A program made the position numbers and the translations under genes. Of a stretch of DNA of 64,000 nucleotides, positions 1 to 8,826 are shown piece after piece. The stretch's first letter is position 1. The number at the start of each line of letters is the position of its first letter. Under the pieces are notes generated by a model that saw nothing but the letters and a program-made list of their open reading frames with translations, was not told the DNA's origin and ran no database searches. Origin of the DNA: Limisphaerales bacterium (GTDB taxonomy: Bacteria > Verrucomicrobiota > Verrucomicrobiia > Limisphaerales > AAA164-E04); contig OZ251460.1 in assembly GCA_965242585.1 (NCBI GenBank), positions 2,766,692 through 2,830,691 of the forward strand, given 5' to 3'.

Positions 1-236
1 TTCAAGTTCGATCAGAACGATGTGCATCGGGCGGATTATCAGGGCGGCGGCTTTCTCAAAGCGAATGAAAATTTTCTTCGGAGCAGTTTGGGCCGGTCGG
101 CGCAATCTTTGGATCGCCTAGGTTTTTTCCACCGGGTTCAATCTTTCCGCAAAGCGCCAATTTTCCACGGTTGCCAAGCAGGGAGAAGGCGGTATATTGC
201 GTTTGGCGCCGAGCGCAATGGCAGAGGGCGCGTATT

Positions 237-1679
237 ATGCAGATATTAAATTTTATTTTTATCCTTTTGGAAGTTCTGGTGCTTTTCAACTTGATCATCA
301 TTGTGCATGAGCTGGGACACTTTTGGGCGGCGAAATGGCGGGGATTGCACGTGGAACGATTCGGGATTTGGTTTGGCAAGCCGCTTTGGGAGCGGACTTT
401 CGGCGGGGTAAAATACTCTTTGGGATGCATTCCGGCGGGCGGTTTTGTTGCGTTGCCGCAACTGGCTCCGATGGAAGCCATAGAAGGAGAAAGCGAAGTG
501 AAGTACGCGGACTTGCCTAAGATTAAGGCGATGGACAAGATTATCGTCGCCTTTGCCGGACCCTTGTTCAGCTTCGGGCTGGCAATCATGATTGCCTGCA
601 TTGTTTGGGGTATCGGACGGCCGGTAAGCCAAAAGGAAACCACAACAGTGGTGGGTTATGTGTTTCCGAAATCGCCGGCCGAGCAGGCGGGCCTTCTTCC
701 CGGTGACAAGATTCTGGAAGTCGACGGGAGTCCAGTGGAACGATGGTCAGGTATCGGTAATGCGGTCACTTGGCGAATCGTGAGCAGTGTTGGAGAAATG
801 ATAACCATTAAAGTGGATCGCGATGGAGAGACCAAAGAATTAGCTGCCACGCCTACCCGTGAGGAGACCAAGGCCTGGGAACGCGCGAGCCTGCGGCAAA
901 TCAAGATGCTTCCGCTACAGACGCCCATCGTCGCCGGAGTGCAAAAGAATAGTCCGGCTGAGCGAGCGGGGATTCAAGTCAACGACATCATCGCCGCCGT
1001 GAATTCGATCAAACTCTATAATCCGCGGAGATTAAGCCGCTACATTCAAGATAATCCGGACATCGATCTAGTCTTGGATATTGTCCGTGATGATAAGCCG
1101 ATCCAGGTAAATCTTCGGCCGGAAATGCCGGTTTATCCGGAAGACTACGAAGAAGAGAAACAAGTGATGATCGGTGTCGTGTGGGATTTGTCGGGCGATA
1201 TCACCATCGCTCATCCCGGCCCGTGGGAGCAGGTTCAGAAAAGTGTAATGATGATGGTAAATACCTTTGAAGCATTGTTCACGAGAAAGTCGGATATTAG
1301 GGCGCAGCATTTGAGTGGGCCCATTGGGATCATGCGGATCTACTATCTCCTGTTTGAGAGTGAATTTGGTTGGCGCTTGGCCTTGTGGTTTAGCGTGTTG
1401 CTTAATGTCAATTTGGCGATTTTGAATCTGTTGCCCATTCCGGTTCTTGATGGCGGCCATATTGTGATGGCGATGACAGAAGGTCTGTTCCGTCGGCCCA
1501 TACCCTATTGGATTCTCAATTATGTTCAGAACGGCTGCGCTTTGTTAATCATCGGTTACATGCTCTACATTACCTTTTTCGATGTTCAGGATTTACGCAC
1601 GGAAAAATCGCCAAAGATTTATTTTGCCGCTCCTGAAGCCAAAGTCTCTCCGGCAATAGAACCCGCTCACTCTCCGTAA
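237..1679 (+). CDS. rseP: RIP zinc metalloprotease RseP (site-2 protease, M50 family)
   Basis: Lies in ORF 171..1679. The ATG at 237 gives a hydrophobic N-terminus (MQILNFIFILLEVLVLF). It has the HExxH motif HELGH in the first TM segment. Two PDZ-like stretches are present (LPGDKILEVDG, GIQVNDIIAAVNS). The C-terminal NLLPIPVLDGGH motif is typical of M50 proteases. Confidence 0.9.
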   Translation: MQILNFIFILLEVLVLFNLIIIVHELGHFWAAKWRGLHVERFGIWFGKPLWERTFGGVKYSLGCIPAGGFVALPQLAPMEAIEGESEVKYADLPKIKAMDKIIVAFAGPLFSFGLAIMIACIVWGIGRPVSQKETTTVVGYVFPKSPAEQAGLLPGDKILEVDGSPVERWSGIGNAVTWRIVSSVGEMITIKVDRDGETKELAATPTREETKAWERASLRQIKMLPLQTPIVAGVQKNSPAERAGIQVNDIIAAVNSIKLYNPRRLSRYIQDNPDIDLVLDIVRDDKPIQVNLRPEMPVYPEDYEEEKQVMIGVVWDLSGDITIAHPGPWEQVQKSVMMMVNTFEALFTRKSDIRAQHLSGPIGIMRIYYLLFESEFGWRLALWFSVLLNVNLAILNLLPIPVLDGGHIVMAMTEGLFRRPIPYWILNYVQNGCALLIIGYMLYITFFDVQDLRTEKSPKIYFAAPEAKVSPAIEPAHSP

Positions 1680-1684
1680 TCTCC

Positions 1685-3490
1685 ATGCGCTATTGTTCTT
1701 CTCCTTATCGCTTCTGTCGGCGGAAAACTCGCGAGGTGAGAATTGGGGATCCGTCCAACGGCGGCGTCGTTATCGGCGGCGATCATTCGGTTGTGCGGCA
1801 GTCCATGCTCACTTGCGACACTTTGGACACGGAAACCTGCGTGCGGCAAACTAAGGACTTGACAAGGGCGGGTTGCCAGCTTGTGCGTATTACGGCGCAA
1901 ACCGTGCGGCACGCCGCAAACCTAAAACACATCGCATCCCGGCTTCGGGACGAAGGATGTAGGACGCCGATTGTAGCGGATATTCACTTCAAACCCGAAG
2001 CCGCTATGGAAGCGGCGAAGTGGGTTGAGGCAGTGAGGATCAATCCGGGGAATTATGCAGACAGCAAAAAATTCGCAGTGCGGGAATATACGGACGCCGA
2101 ATACGCCGAGGAGATTGCGCGGCTCGAAGCGAAGTTTGTTCCTTTGGTGAAGCGTTGCCAAGATTGGGGACGGGCGATGCGAATTGGCGCCAATCATGGT
2201 TCGTTGAGCGATCGAATCATGAATCGTTTTGGCGACACCCCGCTGGGAATGGTTGAGAGCGCGTTGGAGTTTGCCCGAATCGCCCGCAGTTTGGATTTTC
2301 ACAATTTCAAATTCTCGATGAAGTCCAGCAATCCAAAAGTGATGATCGAGTGCTACCGCCTCTTGGCGGCGCGGCTTGAGTCCTTGGGAACGGACTGGAA
2401 CTACCCGCTTCACTTGGGCGTGACGGAGGCGGGGGACGGAGAGGACGGCCGCATCAAAAGCGCTGTTGGAATTGGCTCGCTACTTTGCGATGGTTTGGGA
2501 GATACGATTCGGGTTTCGTTGACCGAAGATTCTCCAAAGGAAATCGCCGTCTGCAACGACTTGTTGGCAGAAATTCCGAGTTTGACTTCAGCGGAAGCAC
2601 CGGCCTTCGACCTTCAAACAAGCTACGATCCGTTCGCTTATTGCCGCCGCACAACGCCTGAGATCGAGTTGGCCGAAAACGTCGCCGCCGGAGCGGAGCA
2701 ACCCATTCGAGTCGTGGTAACGCAATCCACTTGGGACACGATCGCGCCGAAGCTTCGTCCCTTCGAGGACGTCCGACCGGAGGCGATTTATGAAGACTTG
2801 AATCTTTTGGAAGTCGATCCCCGCCGGGAGTTTGCCGTGCAGTGCGACGTGCAGTTGACGACGGTCGCCGACGGAGTGGAGTTGCCGGCGATTCCGGCCT
2901 TTCGGCTTCTTGCCGCCAAGATCCGAAGGCTTGGATGGAACAATCCGATTCTGTTAAAAGACACATTGTTCCCTCCCGATCCGCTGTTGCCGTCCCGGAT
3001 TGCGTTGTTGCGCAGCGCGACGGTTATCGGGTCGTTGTTGGCGGACGGCATTGGCGACGCCGTTATGATTCGCAACGAGTCCAATCCCGCCGCGTCGCTG
3101 CGTCTCGCCTACAACATTCTTCAAGCGGCGGGCTGTCGTTCGTTCAAAACCGACTACGTAGCTTGCCCTTCTTGCGGCCGAACGCTCTTCGACCTCCAAA
3201 CCGTCACCGCCAAAATCCGACGCCGAACCGAGCATCTCCAAGGCGTGAAAATCGCCGTGATGGGGTGCATTGTCAACGGGCCGGGAGAAATGGCCGATGC
3301 GGATTTTGGATACGTGGGCGGCGCTCCCGGAAAGATTAACCTTTATGTTGGAAAAAAACCGGTGCAATTTCACATCCCTGAAGCGGAGGCCGTCGAGCGC
3401 TTAATCGACCTCATCCGCGAACACGGCAAGTGGCAAGAGGCGAAGCCGAACTCAATGGAAGAGGCGCCAGCAGCGGTTGTTTTCTCATAA
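1685..3490 (+). CDS. ispG: 4-hydroxy-3-methylbut-2-enyl diphosphate synthase IspG (GcpE), long form
   Basis: The ATG lies 5 nt after the rseP stop. The N-terminal TIM-barrel region has RRKTREVRIGD, VVRQSM and RINPGN. The C-terminal Fe-S domain has CPSCGRT and GCIVNGPGEMADADFGYVGG. At 601 aa it has an insert of roughly 200 aa between the two domains. Confidence 0.93.
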   Translation: MRYCSSPYRFCRRKTREVRIGDPSNGGVVIGGDHSVVRQSMLTCDTLDTETCVRQTKDLTRAGCQLVRITAQTVRHAANLKHIASRLRDEGCRTPIVADIHFKPEAAMEAAKWVEAVRINPGNYADSKKFAVREYTDAEYAEEIARLEAKFVPLVKRCQDWGRAMRIGANHGSLSDRIMNRFGDTPLGMVESALEFARIARSLDFHNFKFSMKSSNPKVMIECYRLLAARLESLGTDWNYPLHLGVTEAGDGEDGRIKSAVGIGSLLCDGLGDTIRVSLTEDSPKEIAVCNDLLAEIPSLTSAEAPAFDLQTSYDPFAYCRRTTPEIELAENVAAGAEQPIRVVVTQSTWDTIAPKLRPFEDVRPEAIYEDLNLLEVDPRREFAVQCDVQLTTVADGVELPAIPAFRLLAAKIRRLGWNNPILLKDTLFPPDPLLPSRIALLRSATVIGSLLADGIGDAVMIRNESNPAASLRLAYNILQAAGCRSFKTDYVACPSCGRTLFDLQTVTAKIRRRTEHLQGVKIAVMGCIVNGPGEMADADFGYVGGAPGKINLYVGKKPVQFHIPEAEAVERLIDLIREHGKWQEAKPNSMEEAPAAVVFS

Positions 3491-3500
3491 AACTTTTTCA

Positions 3501-3524
3501 AAGAGTTCACTTTCTCGAACTCTT
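3501..3524 (+). terminator. Possible hairpin terminator after ispG
   Basis: Perfect 8-bp inverted repeat, aagagttc (3501-3508) and gaactctt (3517-3524), around an 8-nt loop, starting 11 nt after the ispG stop. There is no clean U-tract; the following sequence is gcctttggatttt. Confidence 0.35.
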
Positions 3525-3645
3525 GCCTTTGGATTTTGCCATTTTTCTTCGATTTTTCCGTTGAATATTAATTTGAGGAAATGAATGATTGCTTTTTTTA
3601 GCGGATTGGGCATTGTTCACAAAGTTTCTCAACTTTATTTCAGTT

Positions 3646-5025
3646 ATGTCAAAAAATAAGACTTCTTCGTTGACAGGTTCTCGGCGGCAATTCATTCGCC
3701 GGGCAACGGGTGCCTCAGCGGCAGTGTTGGGGTTTCCTCAAATTGTGCCGTCCTCCGTGTTGGGATTGCAGGGAGCAGTGGCGCCGAGCAATCGGATTGT
3801 CGTAGGAATCATTGGAACTGGAAATCAGGGAACCAATGACATGAGACAATTCTTGAGGGATTCGCGAGTGCAAGTCGTCGCAGTCTGCGACGTCAACAAA
3901 AAAGGCGCGGGCTATTGGAATGGAAAAACTGCCGGGCGCGACCCAGCGCGGGAAATTGCCGAGGCGCATTACGCGGAAAAATCAGCCTCCGGCAGTTATC
4001 GAGGATGCGCCAGCTATCGGGATTTTCGAGACTTGCTGGACCGTCCGGACATTGACGCCGTGGAAGTCGCCACTCCAGACCATTGGCACGCCATTCCAAC
4101 CATCCTGGCCGCCAAAGCGGGCAAAGACGTTTACTGCCAAAAACCCCTCTCGCTGACAATCGTCGAAGGCCGGGCAATGAGCGACGCAATAAAACGTTAC
4201 AAACGAGTGTTCCAAACGGGAAGCCAACAACGTTCGGACAAACGCTTCCTCCACGGTTGCGAATTAGTGCGAAACGGGCGGATCGGAAAACTCCGCGAAG
4301 TAGAGTGCGGATTGCCCGGAGGACGCCCCGACATCGGCAAAAACGGAGACCGCAAGGCGCCGGAACCCGTTCCGGCAGGATTCGACTATGACTTCTGGTT
4401 GGGGCCGGCGCCCCACGCGCCTTATGCGCCGGCGCGAGTGGGCGTAAACTTCCGTTGGAACTACGACTACTCCGGAGGACAACTCACAGACTGGGGCGGA
4501 CATCACCCAGACATCGCTCAATGGGGAATGGGAACCACGCACACCGGCCCCGTCAAAATCAAAAACGCCAAAGGCGTCTGGCCGGAAGACCCCTTGTGGA
4601 ACACGGCAACCGAATACTCCTTCGAAGCCCATTATCGCTCCGGAGTCGTGATGAAAATTTCGGACAAATTCCGCATGGGCGTCACTTTCAAAGGCACAGA
4701 AGGCTGGGTCTACGTCAATCGAGGACGAATCGACGCCAACCCCAAGTCTTTGTTGGACGAAAAGTTCGATCCATCGGACCTTCGCCTACCGGCCAGCGAC
4801 AACCACTTCCGTAACTTCATCGACTGCGTTTACTCCCGCAAAGAACCCGTAGCCCCCGTAGAACAAGCGCACCGATCCATTTCCATTTGCCACCTTGGAA
4901 ACATCGCCATGTTGCTGGGACGAGACTTGACTTGGGACCCCGATCGAGAACAAGTCGTCGGCGATCACGTAGCGCACTCGCTACTGAACCGGCCTTACCG
5001 AGCGCCTTGGGTCTTGCCGAGTTGA
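3646..5025 (+). CDS. Gfo/Idh/MocA family oxidoreductase with Tat signal
   Basis: Lies in ORF 3589..5025. The ATG at 3646 gives MSKNKTSSLTGSRRQFIRRATGASAAVLG, a twin-arginine signal. A Rossmann motif VGIIGTGNQGTND follows. The layout is typical of periodically abundant PVC-type periplasmic dehydrogenases. Confidence 0.85.
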   Translation: MSKNKTSSLTGSRRQFIRRATGASAAVLGFPQIVPSSVLGLQGAVAPSNRIVVGIIGTGNQGTNDMRQFLRDSRVQVVAVCDVNKKGAGYWNGKTAGRDPAREIAEAHYAEKSASGSYRGCASYRDFRDLLDRPDIDAVEVATPDHWHAIPTILAAKAGKDVYCQKPLSLTIVEGRAMSDAIKRYKRVFQTGSQQRSDKRFLHGCELVRNGRIGKLREVECGLPGGRPDIGKNGDRKAPEPVPAGFDYDFWLGPAPHAPYAPARVGVNFRWNYDYSGGQLTDWGGHHPDIAQWGMGTTHTGPVKIKNAKGVWPEDPLWNTATEYSFEAHYRSGVVMKISDKFRMGVTFKGTEGWVYVNRGRIDANPKSLLDEKFDPSDLRLPASDNHFRNFIDCVYSRKEPVAPVEQAHRSISICHLGNIAMLLGRDLTWDPDREQVVGDHVAHSLLNRPYRAPWVLPS

Positions 5026-5096
5026 AAGAAAAAGGCCTTTGCCCTCGTAAAGTTTTGCATAACATTCGAGAGATGGCCGCTTAATTAGGAGTACTT

Positions 5097-5255
5097 ATGA
5101 CAAAGCAAGAAACCAAAAAGAAGATGAGGAAGACGGACAAAGAACTCAAACAGGAAATGGGGTGGATCGAAGGAGACCACCACGGAAACCTACAGAGAGG
5201 GTTTGCGCACCTGCGCATGTTAATGGACATGAAACGACGAGGACTGCTGGATTAA
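5097..5255 (+). CDS. Small hypothetical protein (52 aa, Lys/Arg-rich)
   Basis: Not in the ORF track because it is under 60 aa. The ATG at 5097 is preceded by AGGAG (5087-5091). Translation is MTKQETKKKMRKTDKELKQEMGWIEGDHHGNLQRGFAHLRMLMDMKRRGLLD. It opens the AT-rich islet. Confidence 0.35.
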   Translation: MTKQETKKKMRKTDKELKQEMGWIEGDHHGNLQRGFAHLRMLMDMKRRGLLD

Positions 5256-5319
5256 GAAAGGAAGAGTGAGCGCGGGCGACGACCGCCTGCTTTGAAAACA
5301 ATCAAAATCAATAAAAACT

Positions 5320-6135
5320 ATGGCAAACAAGTTAATAAACAACTACGGTGGAGACACAGACGTGTCGAAGGAAATCAGAAAGAGATGCTTCAATTGGTTT
5401 GAAGCGGCGTTTATAGCTGAAGAGCGAGATGATCAGTCGTTTGCGAGAATTGCTGACAACATGCTCGTCATTCTTGGTGGTCAGGCTCGCAGGAAGGATG
5501 CAATTCGGATTGCTCTTTACTATTATCAAAACGAGGTTTGCAATCTTTGTGGACAGCGGTTTCCGATTCAAATCTTTCACATTGACCACATTGAGGCAAA
5601 GACACGTAATCAGAACAACAAGTTGTCAAACTTGCAGGTGCTTTGCTCTGCATGCAACGGATTCAAGAGCGACCGTCCAATGCACAAGGTTAGGGATCTC
5701 AGAAGAAAGGCTGGCTTGACAATCTTCGAACCCCGCTACTACTTCGAGAAGGATCAAAATAAGCTTTACAAAACGCCAAAGCATGTCAAAAAAGCAGTCT
5801 TGAAGCCACCTGTCAAAGCAGATAGGAATGGACATGCCAAATTGAATGGGAAAAAAGAAACTGACATTGATTTGATAATCAGGATTTCGAAAGAGCATTC
5901 CAGTAAAGAATCACCAATGTTGATAAAGGAAATTACAGACAAATGCGATGAACGTGTCGATAGGCTTGCAGGAGAAAAGGGAATTTCTTTGAAAGATGCA
6001 AGGCTTCAAGTGACCAAAAACTTTGTTTCCCTGGTAAACAGACACAAGGGTAAGGATGTGCCTTTTGAAACATACAAAGCAAGAGTCAACAACAGAGGGC
6101 CGTCCAAGTTGCACATTTATTACACGGGCAGATAA
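5320..6135 (+). CDS. HNH endonuclease domain protein
   Basis: HNH/zinc-finger signature CNLCGQRF..IFHIDHIEAKTRNQNNKLSNLQVLCSACNGFKSD. The gene is visibly AT-richer than its flanks. Confidence 0.7.
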   Translation: MANKLINNYGGDTDVSKEIRKRCFNWFEAAFIAEERDDQSFARIADNMLVILGGQARRKDAIRIALYYYQNEVCNLCGQRFPIQIFHIDHIEAKTRNQNNKLSNLQVLCSACNGFKSDRPMHKVRDLRRKAGLTIFEPRYYFEKDQNKLYKTPKHVKKAVLKPPVKADRNGHAKLNGKKETDIDLIIRISKEHSSKESPMLIKEITDKCDERVDRLAGEKGISLKDARLQVTKNFVSLVNRHKGKDVPFETYKARVNNRGPSKLHIYYTGR

Positions 6136-6140
6136 ACAAA

Positions 6141-6245
6141 ATGCCAGAGACAATACATCAATGCTCAGTAGAAGAGCTGATTGGAAAGGTTGAAAAAGGG
6201 TCTGTTGACCTGATACTCACCGACCCTCCTCAGAAGGCGACTTTA
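6141..6245 (+). pseudogene. N-terminal fragment of a DNA methyltransferase (N6A/N4C type), truncated
   Basis: The ORF starts MPETIHQCSVEELIGKVEKGSVDLILTDPPQ. This is the usual N-terminus up to the (D/S)PPY motif, but the Tyr and everything downstream are missing. The reading frame then runs antisense into the 3' end of asd. Confidence 0.45.
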
Positions 6246-7250
6246 GAGTTTCAGCAACTCCTCGGCAATCTGAACAGCGTTCAAGGCCGCGCCTTTGAGC
6301 AACTGATCGCCGGAAACCCAAAAACATAATCCATTATCCAAAGCGCAGTCCTTCCGAAGCCGTCCAACCGCACAGTTGTCCTTTCCTGAAACGTCCAACG
6401 GCATGGGATAATCATTCGTTTCGGGAGCATCGACAACGTCAACTCCGGGCGCATCCTCAAGCGCCTGCCGCGCCGCGCTGATATTCATAGGTTTTTCAAA
6501 CTCCGCCGAGACGGCAATGGAATGAGCGCGGTATATCGGCACGCGGACGCAAGTGACACTAGCCCGGAAACTATTGTGATGCAGAATGCGCCGCCCTTCC
6601 CTTTCCAACTTCATCTCCTCCTTCGTATAGCCGGAATCCAGAAAAACATCGACTTGCGGCAGAACGTTGAACGCAATTTGATGGGGATAAATCTCTTTGA
6701 CAACAACCTCCCCGCGTTCGATTTGACGAGCCTGATTCCTCAATTCTTCCATCGCCTTAGCGCCAGAACCGGAGACCGCCTGATAGCTCGAAGCAAACAC
6801 GCGGACAACGCCGAACGCCCGGTGTAAAGGATGCAACGCCATCAAAACGACCGCCGTCGTGCAATTCGGATTCGCCAAAATCCCTCGATGATTTCGGACA
6901 TCCTCGCCATTGATTTCTGGAATCACCAACGGCACATCGGGTTTCAAACGAAATGCGCTGGAATTATCCACCGCCACGGCGCCGGACCGCACTGCAACAG
7001 GCACAAATCGTTTGCTGATCCCGCTTCCGGCGCTAAAAAGAGCAACGTCGATTCCTTGGAACGCATCCTCCGTCAATTCTCTGACCGAGACCTCCCTGCC
7101 GGCAAATGCCAGCGTCTTCCCCGCCGACCTTGCGGAAGCTAACAACCTTATCTCTCCAACCGGAAACCGACGCCGTTCCAGAGTCCGCAACATTTCCTCG
7201 CCAACAGCCCCGGTAGCGCCCACAATGGCGATGTGAGGTTTCGAATTCAT
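6243..7250 (-). CDS. asd: Aspartate-semialdehyde dehydrogenase
   Basis: ORF 6243..7265 begins at a TTG. The first ATG (7250) gives MNSKPHIAIVGATGAVG, a GxxGxxG motif. The active-site region ILANPNCTT and the SSYQAVSGSG motif are present. Confidence 0.93.
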   Translation of the reverse strand: MNSKPHIAIVGATGAVGEEMLRTLERRRFPVGEIRLLASARSAGKTLAFAGREVSVRELTEDAFQGIDVALFSAGSGISKRFVPVAVRSGAVAVDNSSAFRLKPDVPLVIPEINGEDVRNHRGILANPNCTTAVVLMALHPLHRAFGVVRVFASSYQAVSGSGAKAMEELRNQARQIERGEVVVKEIYPHQIAFNVLPQVDVFLDSGYTKEEMKLEREGRRILHHNSFRASVTCVRVPIYRAHSIAVSAEFEKPMNISAARQALEDAPGVDVVDAPETNDYPMPLDVSGKDNCAVGRLRKDCALDNGLCFWVSGDQLLKGAALNAVQIAEELLKL

Positions 7251-7455
7251 CAGGGCAGAATACAAGAGCTAATTGCAGACGTCAATTGTTCTCACAACTT
7301 GCGGCCGTTTTGTCGCAAAACTTATGCTTTAGACAAGTAGCGATAGTTATTAGAAGAGGCTTTGCTTGGAAACTGTTTAGAGACATTTCTAGACTTATAT
7401 AGGTGTTAAGGTTGTGTTGTTTTTTGAGGATTGTATTTGAAGACGGCTTACATCT

Positions 7456-8781
7456 TCAAGGAAGAGGAAAAGGTTTTCTTTTGAGGGGGAGCGATCTGTT
7501 CAAGGGAAAGAGGTAGCCGGCGTTTCGCTCGGACAGTCGCTCTTTTTTGGTAAAGAGCCGAATTATCCCGGGCTTCCCATCATAGCCGGCTTCGCGAAGA
7601 ACTTCCCCCTGCCGCATCCGGCGCAACGCCTCGGCCAAGAGTGAAGAACAGGCTTTCTCCACCTCGTCCAGCGGCGCCGAGCTAAGAACAAACATTTCAG
7701 AACCTAGTGCGCCCAATACTTTTTCATAGATGCGTTGAACTTTTTTGCTGTTCGTGCCCGCGCCCTCGATTTCTGAAAGAATTTCGACAAGAGGAACTAA
7801 ACTTGAAAAACCCGGCTCCTTCGGCAGAAGCATCGACTGACTGCGATCCGCCAACTCCTCGACACGGCTCATAACGCCGACAGTGACCGGCTTGCCGCAA
7901 CCCGTACAATGATCGCCGCAGGCTTCGGTTTCCTCCGGGCGGAGCCGAATGCCGCAATGCCGACAGCCGTCCAGATGATATTTGCCTTCTTCCGGAAAGA
8001 ATTCAGCAGTGCCGCCAAACCCCTCTTTGGTTTGCAATGCTTTCATTATGGCGGGATAACTCATTTCCGTGTGAAAGACGGTGGCCTCGCGGCCAACTTT
8101 CCCCGGCGAGTGCGCATCCGAGTTCGACACTAGCGCAAATCGATCCAGAGACGACACCCTGCGATTCATCAACGGATCCGAAGACAGTCCGGTTTCAATA
8201 GCAAAAATATGCGGCGCAAGGTCGCCGTAGCATTCCTCAATCGCGTCAAATCCCGACTTCGATCCCAGTGCGGAAAACCACGGCGTCCAAACGTGCGCCG
8301 GGACAAGATGACAACCGTCACCGCTTTGCAACGTGATTTCCAACAAATCACGCGAGTCCAAGCCCAAAATCGGACGGCCGTCAGCCTGAAGATTGCCAAT
8401 CTTTGCCAGCCGAGCCACAAGCCGATCAGCCTTCTCCCAATCGGGAGCGTAGAGTAGATGGTGAACCTTGCGGGTCTTACTCCCCATTTTGTAGATAGTG
8501 GAAACCTCCACTTCGAGCAGGAAGCGCGCGGATTTTCCCGGAGGCATTGCATATTGTCGTTCCAACGACTTCTGAATTTCCTCCCGAAGTTTAAAAAGAC
8601 CGGGTTCAGCGGGAATAAGTTTTTCCTTCAGCTCCGCTCTCCAAGCCGGGTGCGTAAAATCACCAGTGCCTAATACTTGAACGCCCTTTTTCTTTGCCCA
8701 TAAGAAAAGGTGTTCCAAATCTAAATCGCGGCTTGTCGCTCGGGAGTACTTAGAATGAAGATGTAGATCAGCATAAAACAT
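7456..8781 (-). CDS. Endonuclease Q-like PHP-domain nuclease
   Basis: The N-terminus MFYADLHLHSKYSRATS is a PHP metal site. It also has GTGDFTHP, VPAHVWTPWFS, VSNSDAHSPGKVGREATVF and GKYHLDGCRHCG, then a CxxC pair (CGDHCTGCGKP). This matches my recollection of archaeal EndoQ blocks (GPAHAFTPW, SNSDAHSP, GKYHLTAC). Confidence 0.8.
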   Translation of the reverse strand: MFYADLHLHSKYSRATSRDLDLEHLFLWAKKKGVQVLGTGDFTHPAWRAELKEKLIPAEPGLFKLREEIQKSLERQYAMPPGKSARFLLEVEVSTIYKMGSKTRKVHHLLYAPDWEKADRLVARLAKIGNLQADGRPILGLDSRDLLEITLQSGDGCHLVPAHVWTPWFSALGSKSGFDAIEECYGDLAPHIFAIETGLSSDPLMNRRVSSLDRFALVSNSDAHSPGKVGREATVFHTEMSYPAIMKALQTKEGFGGTAEFFPEEGKYHLDGCRHCGIRLRPEETEACGDHCTGCGKPVTVGVMSRVEELADRSQSMLLPKEPGFSSLVPLVEILSEIEGAGTNSKKVQRIYEKVLGALGSEMFVLSSAPLDEVEKACSSLLAEALRRMRQGEVLREAGYDGKPGIIRLFTKKERLSERNAGYLFPLNRSLPLKRKPFPLP

Positions 8782-8826
8782 ACAAAGTCACTATCCTCTC
8801 ATTAAAATTATGTTTTTCGGCCACGT

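Noticed and set aside
171-236. Upstream extensions of several ORFs, at rseP 171, proA 13716, the giant protein 38536, the LRR protein 33652, the dehydrogenase 52121 and asd 7265.
   Set aside because: The extensions lack homology or signal features, and they overlap neighbouring genes or relics. Some start at TTG/GTG only because the ORF caller allows that. Internal ATGs give canonical N-termini.
1-236. Possible 3' end of an upstream gene (dxr or cdsA is expected before rseP).
   Set aside because: None of the three plus-strand frames gives a recognisable C-terminus, and the region is too short to call.
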